NCBI GenBank assembly: GCA_965218195.1
Contig: OZ244593.1
Coordinates: 1,204,873 to 1,268,872, forward strand
DNA: 64,000 nucleotides
Origin: Chloroflexota bacterium
Lineage (GTDB): Bacteria > Chloroflexota > UBA11872 > VXNJ01
Direction: 5' to 3'
In this document: one piece after another, positions 1-9,244 of the stretch
How positions within the stretch are numbered: position 1 is the first letter of the stretch
How the letters are laid out: the number at the start of each line of letters is the position of its first letter
Notes under the pieces: model-generated
Told to the model about the DNA's origin: nothing
The model's input: the letters and a program-made list of their open reading frames with translations, nothing else
Database searches by the model: none
Program-made: the position numbers and the translations under genes

Positions 1-981
1 AATCGCCGCCCGGCTGTGACTTTTCCCGCGCTTCAGGCGGAACATCGACTCGCGGCCGGTCCAGCGTATCGCCGGCGGCCAGACTTCCATACGGTGGACC
101 CCCCGACCGAGCTGAGATTCAGGCGCGTTCTCCATATCCAGCGTTGACTCCCACACTCTGCCGTATGCCTGGACATCGAAAAACATATCCTCCGGATAGG
201 AGTACCCGGGGCCTCCAGACTTTCTGGCGCGTATGTGAATATCGTCCAGGAAAGCAGTGCCGACACGGAGCCGTTCGAGCTGTCCGGTGATACGTTTCAG
301 GAACGGAGCATAGCTGTAACCCGGATCTGTGTGGATGGCCGCTATCTCGACTGAGAATCCGTTCGATTCCAGCAACCGGGTCAGCTCGGACTTCGTAAAT
401 TCCCGATTGTGACGGCTGGTTATCCCCCAGCCCGAGTAGGGCGGGTAGATGTTTCTGCCCCGAGCGACCTTCCAGAAGTTTTCGAGCCGCATTGCGTTTG
501 GAGTGCTGAGAATGATGCGCCCGCCCGGTTTTAGCACCCTGTTGATTTCGTGAATTGCGTGAACGGGATCGTGGCCGAGATGCTCGATGACTTCGCATAG
601 AAATACGACGTCGTAGGTCTCGTCCTCGTACGGGAAGTCGTCGAATTCGATGTTGAAGCGGTCGTACTCGATATCCAGCGGTTCGTCGAGGTCCCGCCGC
701 CGCAGCTCGAAACGGCCGTCCTCACCGCCGCCGCGATCGTCTTCGTTCACGCAGCGCACCTCGGCGGGAAAGTGCTTTAACAAGAGCGCGGTCATGAAAT
801 AGGGCTGGGCGCCTATCTCCAACACCCGGGAGTCGGGCCCCAACGGCGGCAGCAACGACAGGCTCGTCAGTATTCGATCGACCGCCGTTTCAAGAAAGCC
901 CTCCAGCCCGTGGCCGGTTACGTGCTCGAACTCGTACAGGTATCGGCTCGCCGTCGCGGGGGATGGCAAAAGCGGCCGCAT
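1..981 (-). CDS. Class I SAM-dependent methyltransferase, C-terminally truncated by the window edge (start codon ATG at 981-979). It is the last gene of the glycan operon. Its C-terminal region carries a GxGxHxxExWPPxxRWxGxE motif that is also present in Wzt and the GT4.
   Basis: I translated the minus strand by hand. The frame is open from 981 to position 1 with no stop. Motifs: VLEIGAQPYF (motif I-like), DFPYEDETYDVVFLCEVIEHL (motif II/III) and NRVLKPGGRIILSTPN (post-II). It lies 8 nt downstream of the GT4 stop. It is absent from the supplied ORF track because no stop codon falls inside the window. Confidence 0.8.
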   Translation of the reverse strand, partial: MRPLLPSPATASRYLYEFEHVTGHGLEGFLETAVDRILTSLSLLPPLGPDSRVLEIGAQPYFMTALLLKHFPAEVRCVNEDDRGGGEDGRFELRRRDLDEPLDIEYDRFNIEFDDFPYEDETYDVVFLCEVIEHLGHDPVHAIHEINRVLKPGGRIILSTPNAMRLENFWKVARGRNIYPPYSGWGITSRHNREFTKSELTRLLESNGFSVEIAAIHTDPGYSYAPFLKRITGQLERLRVGTAFLDDIHIRARKSGGPGYSYPEDMFFDVQAYGRVWESTLDMENAPESQLGRGVHRMEVWPPAIRWTGRESMFRLKRGKSHSRAAI

Positions 982-988
982 CGCGAGC

Positions 989-2572
989 TCAGGCTACCGA
1001 TTCGACAAGTTCTAGAAAGTGCCGCCGAAACCGGTCCTCGCGAAAACGCGACGCGGACCGGACCGCCTTTTGCGAAAGGCGCTGGAGCATTTCGGGATCT
1101 CTGGTCAGCTTGGACGTCATATCGATCAACTCACGCCGCGAATCCCATAGAAGCCCGTCTGATCCATGACTCACCAGCTCCGGCTGGCCGCCTTTGTTGA
1201 TTACGACCGGCACACATCCCGACGCCATCGCTTCCACCGTGGTAATCCCGAAGTGCTCAAATTTAACGGGGTTCTTGTTTGGATTCTCGCCGTAACCGCT
1301 GGCGTGCCAGTAGATCGAAGCGCGCGCATAGAGCTTCTTCAGCTTGTCGAATGAAAGATCGGGGTGAAGGGTTACCGGCAATCCAGCGGCAGCTCGTTTC
1401 AAATTGTCGAAGTATTCCTCGTCTACCTTGCGAGGCCCCTTGTTGCCCGCCAGGTGAAGCTCCCATCCGGCCAGTCCCCGCCGCAGCATCTTTCCGAAGG
1501 AGCGAATCATGAACTCATGGTTCTTCGAATGTCCGCCTTCGCCGAAGAAACGGCCGACACTCAAGATAACCCGGTCTTTTTGCCCCGGCTCGTAGTCGGT
1601 AACGGCTACCGGCGGGTACAAGATCGGGCCTTCACGATTCCAATAATGACGCATCCAGCGCAGCGAGAATTCCGATATCGGACACATCAGCTCGTAGCTG
1701 TCGAGGAAATCGAGCGAACCGTATTCTGGCAGCCCTTCGAGACGTAGCCCAAGCCGGGGGAATAGCCGCCGGAAAAGCAGCTCGTAGACCCGGCGCCGCG
1801 GAGTTGCAATGGCTACGTCGGAAACAGCCAACCCGATATTGCGATTGTCGTCCTCATTCAAGGCCGATTCGGGATTGTAGACGTTGCAACGAAAGTCCAA
1901 ATCCAGCGTCGAGTCCCGCGCCATCGCCGCCGGAACTCTCAAACCCCACCGCACGTACTTACCTTCGTCAGGCTCGATGCTTATGGTCCCGATGTCTCGG
2001 GAGCCAACGCGGCAAGACGCCGAAATCGCGCCCAGCCCGGCCGGCCGGAAGTTACCGCAGATCATGTCGATCTCAAGTTCGCCGGAATTCCGGGGAGTTC
2101 GGACTCGCACCGTCGATTCGTCCGAGGCATATCTGAACCAGCCGCGCCCGAGCTCCTGAATGTCGTAGAAACCGTCGCGGTATTCGGCCAGCAACAGCTC
2201 CTTGATCAGGAACATGCCGGCGCTTCTGCGAATCCGCGCCCAAAGGGTGTTTTCGATAGGCGACGGAAACAAGACCAGCATTATGCTCTTTCGCGCCGCC
2301 GACGGTTGAGACGACATGAACGACGCGTTGACGAACAAGTCGTAGTCGCGGGTAAAGGCGATGAATCGATTGGGGGGCAGCGCCGGAATCACCTTCAGAG
2401 TTACGTTGCTCAAATCGATGTTCAGTCTCGCCGCAAGCTCGTCGCGGTCGACCGCCCGATGAGTGACGAGATCGACCGGGCGGTCTCCGGCGAGCACCGC
2501 GGCGGCCATGCACGAATGTCTTTCGCCGCCACCCATCGTGTGCAGCCAGCGGTTGTATACAGCCGCCCTCAT
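989..2572 (-). CDS. Glycosyltransferase with a C-terminal GT4 (Glycos_transf_1) domain and an N-terminal extension. The likely start is ATG at 2572, overlapping the upstream stop in an ATGA arrangement.
   Basis: The C-terminal region reads ...DRVILSVGRFF...GITTVEAMASGCVPVVINKGGQPELV, the GT4 donor-binding signature. The first ~216 codons of the 743-aa track ORF are Arg-rich out-of-frame read-through of the overlapping upstream gene. An ATG at 2572 overlaps the TGA of the GT2 gene at 2569-2571. Confidence 0.8.
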   Translation of the reverse strand: MRAAVYNRWLHTMGGGERHSCMAAAVLAGDRPVDLVTHRAVDRDELAARLNIDLSNVTLKVIPALPPNRFIAFTRDYDLFVNASFMSSQPSAARKSIMLVLFPSPIENTLWARIRRSAGMFLIKELLLAEYRDGFYDIQELGRGWFRYASDESTVRVRTPRNSGELEIDMICGNFRPAGLGAISASCRVGSRDIGTISIEPDEGKYVRWGLRVPAAMARDSTLDLDFRCNVYNPESALNEDDNRNIGLAVSDVAIATPRRRVYELLFRRLFPRLGLRLEGLPEYGSLDFLDSYELMCPISEFSLRWMRHYWNREGPILYPPVAVTDYEPGQKDRVILSVGRFFGEGGHSKNHEFMIRSFGKMLRRGLAGWELHLAGNKGPRKVDEEYFDNLKRAAAGLPVTLHPDLSFDKLKKLYARASIYWHASGYGENPNKNPVKFEHFGITTVEAMASGCVPVVINKGGQPELVSHGSDGLLWDSRRELIDMTSKLTRDPEMLQRLSQKAVRSASRFREDRFRRHFLELVESVA

Positions 2573-4011
2573 CGGTCGTCTATCCAGGGCCCGAACAGCT
2601 CCCGTCCAGGCAGACCGGCGCGCCGCTCTTCGACCCGTCTGGCCAGCGCCGCCGGCAACATTCGAAGGGTCCAGAACAGCGCCCTGAGTCTGGCGGCAAA
2701 GGCCGCTAGCTCTCCCGGCTTGTGGAGCGGCCGTCTGATAGCTTGCCTGGCCAAAACCGAGCCTGACCGGAGTGTTTCGGCAACGTGGCCGACGAGCGCG
2801 CGAAACACCACCGCGGGCGGCCAGTGCTTGAGAATGACGTAGAGCCTGCTTCGGGATACATGCGAAATGAAAAAGGGAGACCACTCGACCGCCACGCCGC
2901 TGTGGTGATGCCTTACCATCGAATCGGGCGTGTAGACGACGCGCCAGCCTCGACGCCTGGCGCGGATTGCGAGATCGGTGTCTTCGTAATACATGAAGAT
3001 ACTTTCGTCGAAGTAGCCGATTTCCCTTAACATCGCCTTCCGCAGCAAGACACCCGCCCCGTTGAATGAGAATACTTCCCGCTTGTCCGAGTAAACCGGT
3101 CCGTCCCAGTCGTAATAGACGTTGCCGTGAGAAATAACGGTCCCGCGGTCCCGCGACGAGCCGTCGGGGAGTGGAAAGCTCCCGGCATTTTGGACCACCG
3201 GCCGGGCCAGGCCGCGGCAATCGGCCGGCAGGTCGAACTCGAAGACTTCAGTCTTGCCGCCAGCTTCTCCCTCAAACACTCGTTCGTTCCCGACCTGGAC
3301 CGAAAAGCGTACTTTGGCTCCGTCCGGCCGCGGGGCGGAAGCCTCCAGACGTAGACGAATCGACTCGCCGTCCAGGTCGGGCAGCCCCAACTCGGCGTGC
3401 CCGAGCGACCATCTGAATTCGCATCCATGCTGGTCCAGCTCGGCGCCGCCGAAACCTGACCGGAACTCGACAGGCACACGAGCGCCGTTCGAGACGGCCC
3501 GCGCGCTTCGCACGCGCAGTCCGAGAGCGCGTTCATCCCCACTAATGCCGGCGCTTCTGGGAGTGAAGGTCGGCGATTGAAGCTCGACCGGAATACGATC
3601 ATGAAAAAGAAATAACTTCGGCTGCGCCGCGCCCGCAGCGGGATCGTTCTCCAATGTCTCGACCAGCGGCCATAGCCAGTCCCGTTCGACCTCGGTATCG
3701 GGGTTGATCAGGGCGACATACGGCCCCGGCGCCTCGCGCATTGCAAGGTTGTTGCCCGCCGCGAATCCGCGGTTCGAGCCGGCTTCGACTAAGCGAACGG
3801 CATCTGGAAATTCCGCTCGAATCAAATCGGGGGATCCATCGGTGGAGGCGTTGTCTACCACGACTATTTCCATCGAATCGTGCGGGTATTCCGATGCAAG
3901 AAGCGATCTCAAACAAGGTCCAATGAAACGCCCGGCGTTGTAGTTCAGCACGATAACGGTGACGAAGGGCGCACTGGGCCCGGCGCGGCTCCCGGCTGGG
4001 GATGTCGTCAT
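2569..4011 (-). CDS. Family 2 glycosyltransferase (GT-A fold).
   Basis: The N-terminus reads VTVIVLNYNAGRFIGPCLRSL...VVDNASTDGS and there is a DxD-containing region, typical of GT2. Its start overlaps the wzt stop by 4 nt. Confidence 0.8.
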   Translation of the reverse strand: MTTSPAGSRAGPSAPFVTVIVLNYNAGRFIGPCLRSLLASEYPHDSMEIVVVDNASTDGSPDLIRAEFPDAVRLVEAGSNRGFAAGNNLAMREAPGPYVALINPDTEVERDWLWPLVETLENDPAAGAAQPKLFLFHDRIPVELQSPTFTPRSAGISGDERALGLRVRSARAVSNGARVPVEFRSGFGGAELDQHGCEFRWSLGHAELGLPDLDGESIRLRLEASAPRPDGAKVRFSVQVGNERVFEGEAGGKTEVFEFDLPADCRGLARPVVQNAGSFPLPDGSSRDRGTVISHGNVYYDWDGPVYSDKREVFSFNGAGVLLRKAMLREIGYFDESIFMYYEDTDLAIRARRRGWRVVYTPDSMVRHHHSGVAVEWSPFFISHVSRSRLYVILKHWPPAVVFRALVGHVAETLRSGSVLARQAIRRPLHKPGELAAFAARLRALFWTLRMLPAALARRVEERRAGLPGRELFGPWIDDR

Positions 4012-5708
4012 TCGACGTGGATGCTGCGAACCGCTAGACCTAACTCTCGAGTGTCTGGATCGATGCCGACCGCGGCCGGGACGAACGTCTCCTGGATTTC
4101 GAGTTCGACTTCAATCGGGGTGGGATCGATGACCGGCTCCAGGGGCACTACTATGTCCTCGAAATCCATTCCCACCAGCTGGAATCTGGTTATCTCCTCG
4201 CCGTCTATTTTTATACTACCGATGGCCGGACTGTCGGAATGAAAGGGACGGCAGGCAGATATCACAAGCGTTCCCTGACCGACGTCCTGGGTAAGCGACA
4301 ACGACGCGCGTTCGCCGATCCATCTGACCGATGGCGGCCAGCTTTCGACCGGATGCCATCCCTTGCCGAGATGTTCCTCCTCGCCCCGGCCCATTCGAAT
4401 CTCGCTCGGCGGTTTTGACCATCTAACCACCACGCCGGGCGTAACCATATCGGGCTGAGCGGTTTCGCCGACCCCGGACGGCGACGCGGCATCCGCCAAA
4501 CCGGCGCCGAACCGCCAGGAGCTCGGAATGAACGCCAATCCGCGCTGGTGGGCGGAAGCCTTTCCAACGAAGATCGTTATCGGGTCGCGCAGCAAGTGAT
4601 AGGGCGCTCCCTTCTCGTCGACCGGCCAAACGGCTATCGAGACGTGGTATATCCCCGGTCCCAGCGAAATCGGCCCGAGCGAACACTCCACTACTCCGCG
4701 GCCGGGCTGTACGGATACGGGACCGTGGCTCACCGCCGAGGACGCGTCGTGGATGTACAGCCCATCGCTGCGCCGGATCGAGCAGCCGAAGACCACGTCA
4801 TCCAAATACCCGTCTGACAGATATTGAATTCTCAGGGTCAACGACTCTCCTGGAATGACCGAGTGCGACCGGCGCGAAGCGGCGCCGCGAACGCAAACGT
4901 CGCTGATTTCGAGCGGGCCGCCGCCGCCCGCGTCACCGTCACTCGCCGCGGAAACCGCGTCCGTCGACGTCGGTGTGAGTGAGGCTTGCAGATATGCCTG
5001 GACGACATCTCTGGTGCTTCCGAAGCTCTGAACCGTGCCCTGGTCGAGCCATAGAACCGTGTCGCAGAACCGCCTGACCTGGATCGGGTCGTGGGAAACG
5101 AAGAGCATTGTGCGGCCCGATTTCTTTACCTCGCCGAGCGCTTGATAGCACTTGCGCGCAAACGCCGCGTCGCCCACGGCAAGGACTTCGTCGATAACCA
5201 TCACCTCGGGGCGCACGGCGATTGCGATCGCGAAACCGAGCCGCATGTACATCCCGGACGAATAGTGTTTGACCGGGGTGTCGATGAACCGCTCGAGTTC
5301 GGAGAACTCGACAATCCAGTCGTACAAGCGGCTCATCTCGTGACGCCCTATTCCAAGGAACGACCCGTTAAGGAATACGTTTTCCCTTCCGGTGAGGTCG
5401 GGATGGAATCCGGCTCCAAGCTCCAGGAGACCAAAAACGTTTCCACTGGTTTCGATAGTGCCCTCGTCCGGCAGCAGCGTTCCGGCGAGCAGTTTGAGAA
5501 TTGTGGACTTTCCAGACCCGTTAGGGCCGATTATCCCGAGGGTCTTGCCGCTATCAACCTCGAAACTTACGTCTCTCAGCGCCCAAAAATCTTCGATTTC
5601 CCGATTTCGGACGCCCAGGAAGCCGACCAGACTCCCAAGCATCGAGCGCCTTTTTTCGTGCGACAGCGCGAAACGCTTTGAAACGCCCCGAAACCGAACC
5701 GCCTTCAA
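4008..5708 (-). CDS. wzt: Polysaccharide/O-antigen ABC exporter ATP-binding protein (Wzt-like). It has a Wzt_C-type carbohydrate-binding domain plus a further ~125-aa C-terminal domain.
   Basis: Walker A GIIGPNGSGKSTILKLLAG, ABC signature YSSGMYMRLGFA and Walker B VMVIDE are present. Residues ~255-400 are a beta-rich Wzt_C-like region. Residues ~440-566 contain GKGWHPVESWPPSVRWIGERASLSL ... DTRELGLAVRSIHVE. Confidence 0.85.
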   Translation of the reverse strand: MKAVRFRGVSKRFALSHEKRRSMLGSLVGFLGVRNREIEDFWALRDVSFEVDSGKTLGIIGPNGSGKSTILKLLAGTLLPDEGTIETSGNVFGLLELGAGFHPDLTGRENVFLNGSFLGIGRHEMSRLYDWIVEFSELERFIDTPVKHYSSGMYMRLGFAIAIAVRPEVMVIDEVLAVGDAAFARKCYQALGEVKKSGRTMLFVSHDPIQVRRFCDTVLWLDQGTVQSFGSTRDVVQAYLQASLTPTSTDAVSAASDGDAGGGGPLEISDVCVRGAASRRSHSVIPGESLTLRIQYLSDGYLDDVVFGCSIRRSDGLYIHDASSAVSHGPVSVQPGRGVVECSLGPISLGPGIYHVSIAVWPVDEKGAPYHLLRDPITIFVGKASAHQRGLAFIPSSWRFGAGLADAASPSGVGETAQPDMVTPGVVVRWSKPPSEIRMGRGEEEHLGKGWHPVESWPPSVRWIGERASLSLTQDVGQGTLVISACRPFHSDSPAIGSIKIDGEEITRFQLVGMDFEDIVVPLEPVIDPTPIEVELEIQETFVPAAVGIDPDTRELGLAVRSIHVE

Positions 5709-5711
5709 CTG

Positions 5712-6551
5712 CTATACGACCTCGGCGAATCGGGGTGAGAAGTGGCGAATCAGCCACCAACCCGCGGAAATCGCAACAGCGGCGGTTGCCAGAGTCACGG
5801 CCGTATGACGGATGGGCATAAAACCTTCCATGACAACGTAGCGGTAGTCGGTCACCAGAGTTGCCATCGGGTTTAGTGAAAACACCCACCTATGTATGTC
5901 GAGCCCGAGGAACTGATCGTTCGGGACGATCGCCAGCGCATAGAAAATGGGCGTGAGGAAGAACCACGCCAGGAGCCCCACGTCAACAAGCTGCTCCAGG
6001 TCGCGCATCATCACGTTGGCGGCGGCGAGGATCATCGCAAGTCCGGCAACAAGCCCCAATTGAAGCAACATAATCCCTGGAATCAGGAGCAGGGTCGAGT
6101 GAAACTCCACTCCAAACGCCGCCATCCCTACCAAGAGCAGAGCGAACGCCAGAACAAAGTGCACGAAGGCGCCCAAAACAGCCGAAAGTGGCAGCAACTC
6201 TCTGGGGAAGTAGACCTTGGTGATGAGCGCCGGGTTGCTTGTGATGCTTCGGAGCGCGGACGATAGCGCCGAGTGAGTAAAGTTCCAGGGCAGCAGGCCG
6301 GTCAGCAGGAACAGCGGATAGTTTGGAATCTCCGTCCTCGAGAGCACCTTAAACACAAGCGTGAAGACGAGCATCATCATCAACGGCTGTAGGAGCGACC
6401 ACCCGAAACCCAGAACCGAGTTCCGGTAGCGGACCTTGAGGTCGCGGACGACCATATTCCGAAGCAACTCCGTGTGGGAGGCGAGCTCCACGGCCGCGCG
6501 CCAAACGGCGGTGGGGAATCGATCGCGGGAGTGTGTAGCTACAATTCGCAT
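5712..6551 (-). CDS. wzm: ABC-2 type polysaccharide exporter permease (Wzm-like).
   Basis: The 279-aa protein has six predicted hydrophobic helices. It sits immediately upstream of wzt (3-nt gap), the typical wzm-wzt arrangement. Confidence 0.8.
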   Translation of the reverse strand: MRIVATHSRDRFPTAVWRAAVELASHTELLRNMVVRDLKVRYRNSVLGFGWSLLQPLMMMLVFTLVFKVLSRTEIPNYPLFLLTGLLPWNFTHSALSSALRSITSNPALITKVYFPRELLPLSAVLGAFVHFVLAFALLLVGMAAFGVEFHSTLLLIPGIMLLQLGLVAGLAMILAAANVMMRDLEQLVDVGLLAWFFLTPIFYALAIVPNDQFLGLDIHRWVFSLNPMATLVTDYRYVVMEGFMPIRHTAVTLATAAVAISAGWWLIRHFSPRFAEVV

Positions 6552-6717
6552 ACAAGCCTCATCACAGCGACCGTCATGTTATCACGCAGTCCGGACACGA
6601 TCTTAGAGTGTAAGTCGCCTGCGCAAAGTCGAGGCGCCCACGAAATGGCAAAGCGTTTCATTGTGCTAGAGTCTAGTAACATTCGGTCGTTCGAATGCTA
6701 TTTGCTTTAGAGGCGGA

Positions 6718-7401
6718 ATGGAGATTGCGTGGTACGGAAGCTCATGCTTCCGGCTTCGGGACAGAAACACAATCGCACTAGCCGACCCCTACCTACCGGG
6801 GACGAAATTCCAGAATCTCCAAATCAAGACCGACCTCATAACCGTAAGCCGGCCCGGCCGCGAAATCCGCAACATCGTGCCTAACGTCAGAAAGTCCCCG
6901 TACGTGATTGACGGCCCCGGGGAATATGAAGTTGGGGGCATTTTCGTGAACGCCGTCTGGAACGGTCCTAACAACGGCCAGCCGGACGGCGTCCCGCCGA
7001 GTCTGATCTGCACGTTTGCCATCGACGGCGTCGCCATTTGCCATCTCGGGCAGTTGGAAACTCCGCCATCGAAAGAGCTTCTCGAGGCGATTACGCCGGT
7101 CGACGTTCTCATTATCCCGCCCGGCGGCCGGGGCAAGCTGAGCGGCGTGCAAGCGGCCAGGATCGTGTCGGCGACTTCGCCAAAGGTCGTGATTCCCATG
7201 GAGTACGCCTCCGGCGAACGCGAAAATGGCGACGACGGGATCGATTCATTTCTGAGGGAGGCAGGGCTGGAAGCGGGAGAGCCCGTTCCAGCCATCAGCT
7301 TTAGCCGCACTACTCTCCCTGACGACAAGACCGAGACGGTGCTTCTCGAATCGCGCACCAGGCAAAAAAGGCCCGCCGGTGCAAGGTTGTTAGCGCAATA
7401 G
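6718..7401 (+). CDS. MBL-fold metal-dependent hydrolase (UPF0173-like).
   Basis: The N-terminus MEIAWYGSSCFRLRD... resembles the UPF0173 / beta-lactamase-fold hydrolase family. Length is 227 aa. Confidence 0.55.
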   Translation: MEIAWYGSSCFRLRDRNTIALADPYLPGTKFQNLQIKTDLITVSRPGREIRNIVPNVRKSPYVIDGPGEYEVGGIFVNAVWNGPNNGQPDGVPPSLICTFAIDGVAICHLGQLETPPSKELLEAITPVDVLIIPPGGRGKLSGVQAARIVSATSPKVVIPMEYASGERENGDDGIDSFLREAGLEAGEPVPAISFSRTTLPDDKTETVLLESRTRQKRPAGARLLAQ

Positions 7402-7409
7402 AAAATCCG

Positions 7410-9122
7410 GTGAGAAACTCCCCGGCATCCAATGGGTCAGACGGCGCCGCGACTCAGGCTGGCGCGTCAAAGCGCCCGTCGAAGTACATTTTCATAACCG
7501 GCGGCGTTGTTTCAGGAGTCGGAAAGGGCGTCACCAGCGCTTCCATTGGTCGCCTGCTTAAAAGCCGCGGTCTGAGCGTTGTGATCGTCAAGCTCGACCC
7601 CTACATAAATGTCGATCCCGGCACGATGAACCCCGGCCAGCACGGCGAGGTGTTCGTGACGGAGGACGGCGCCGAGACTGATCTCGACCTGGGGCACTAC
7701 GAGCGCTTCGTAGACGAGGATTTAGCAAAAGGCAGCAACCTTACCAGCGGCCAGGTATACGAGTCGGTAATACAAAGCGAGCGGCGCGGCAAGTTCCTTG
7801 GAGGGACGATCCAGGTAATTCCGCACGTTACCGACGAAATCAAGCGCCGGCTCAAAGCGGTGCGGAGCCCCAGCCATCCGGATGTCGTAATAGTTGAGGT
7901 CGGCGGCACGGTGGGCGACATCGAGGGACTGCCATTCCTGGAGGCGCTGCGGCAGTTGCGCCGCGAGATAGGCCTGGATAACACGTTGTTCATCCACGTG
8001 ACGTTCCTTCTCCACATAGGCGCCACGGGCGAACTGAAAACCAAGCCCACGCAGCACAGCGTGGCTGAACTGCGCAGCATAGGTATTCTTCCCGACATCA
8101 TCGTCTGCCGTTCGGATCACCCCTTTCAGCGGGATACGCGTGAAAAGATCGCACTGTTTTGCGACGTGGAAGAGCGCGCAGTCATATCGTTGACGACCGT
8201 CGATAACATCTACAGAGTTCCGCTCACTCTCGAAGATGCCGATACAGGCGACCTGATAACCGAAAAGCTGGATCTGCCCCGGAGCGAATCCGATCTCGTC
8301 GACTGGCGCCGGATGGTCGAGTCGATCGAGCGTCCGCGCCGCGAGATCGAGATAGCGCTCGTAGGGAAATACGTTACCGCTCCGGACGCCTACATAAGCG
8401 TCGAACATGCTCTTTTACACGCTGTGGCTCAACAGCGGCGCAGACTGCGAATCAGATGGATCGATTCCGAAGTTCTCGAGACCCGTTCCGTCGAGGAGGA
8501 GTTCGAGGGCGTTGATGGAGTGGTCATCCCCGGCGGGTTTGGTCCGCGGGGCATCGAAGGCAAGATAGCCGCCGCTCGGTACGCGCGTATCCACGGACTT
8601 CCATTTTTTGGTCTATGCCTGGGAATGCAGGTTGCCTTGATTGAATTTGCGCGCAACGTACTCGGCATCTACAAGGCCAACAGCTACGAGTTCGATCCCG
8701 AAGTGAAGGACCCTGTTGTCTGGCCGATGCTCGACTACTACGACCAGGTCAACATCGGCGGGACGATGCGGCTCGGCTCACATCCCTGCCAGCTCCGACC
8801 CGGCACTCGCGCAGCGGACGCGTATGCCGCTGACACGGTGGGAGAGCGGCACCGCCATCGCATGGAATTCAATAATGTCTATAGGGAAGTGATGCAGCGG
8901 AATGGCGTAATTTTCAGCGGACTTTCGCCTGATGGAGAGCTGGTCGAAATCGTCGAGCTTCGAGACCACCCATGGTTCGTGGGAGTACAGTTCCATCCTG
9001 AATTCAGGTCGCGCCCGTTTCGACCGCATCCACTATTCACCGGGTTCGCCAAAGCATGTGTAAGCCGCGAGGCTGCTCCTTTGGAGCAAAGCGTGATAAG
9101 ACAAGAGAGCCGGGTTTCGTGA
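7410..9122 (+). CDS. pyrG: CTP synthase.
   Basis: YIFITGGVVSGVGKG ATP-binding motif. C-terminal glutamine amidotransferase domain with GLCLGMQ (catalytic Cys) and HPEF. Length is 570 aa. Confidence 0.95.
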   Translation: MRNSPASNGSDGAATQAGASKRPSKYIFITGGVVSGVGKGVTSASIGRLLKSRGLSVVIVKLDPYINVDPGTMNPGQHGEVFVTEDGAETDLDLGHYERFVDEDLAKGSNLTSGQVYESVIQSERRGKFLGGTIQVIPHVTDEIKRRLKAVRSPSHPDVVIVEVGGTVGDIEGLPFLEALRQLRREIGLDNTLFIHVTFLLHIGATGELKTKPTQHSVAELRSIGILPDIIVCRSDHPFQRDTREKIALFCDVEERAVISLTTVDNIYRVPLTLEDADTGDLITEKLDLPRSESDLVDWRRMVESIERPRREIEIALVGKYVTAPDAYISVEHALLHAVAQQRRRLRIRWIDSEVLETRSVEEEFEGVDGVVIPGGFGPRGIEGKIAAARYARIHGLPFFGLCLGMQVALIEFARNVLGIYKANSYEFDPEVKDPVVWPMLDYYDQVNIGGTMRLGSHPCQLRPGTRAADAYAADTVGERHRHRMEFNNVYREVMQRNGVIFSGLSPDGELVEIVELRDHPWFVGVQFHPEFRSRPFRPHPLFTGFAKACVSREAAPLEQSVIRQESRVS

Positions 9123-9244
9123 GCCAGGTCGCCGGATTCCGGTCAACACTCGACGCCGCCGGCCGCGGCCCGCGCCACTAAACTCTCATCGCGGTTGTAA
9201 ACATGTGCTTCGACTGCACTTCGTACGGTTTTGAGGGATTTTAA

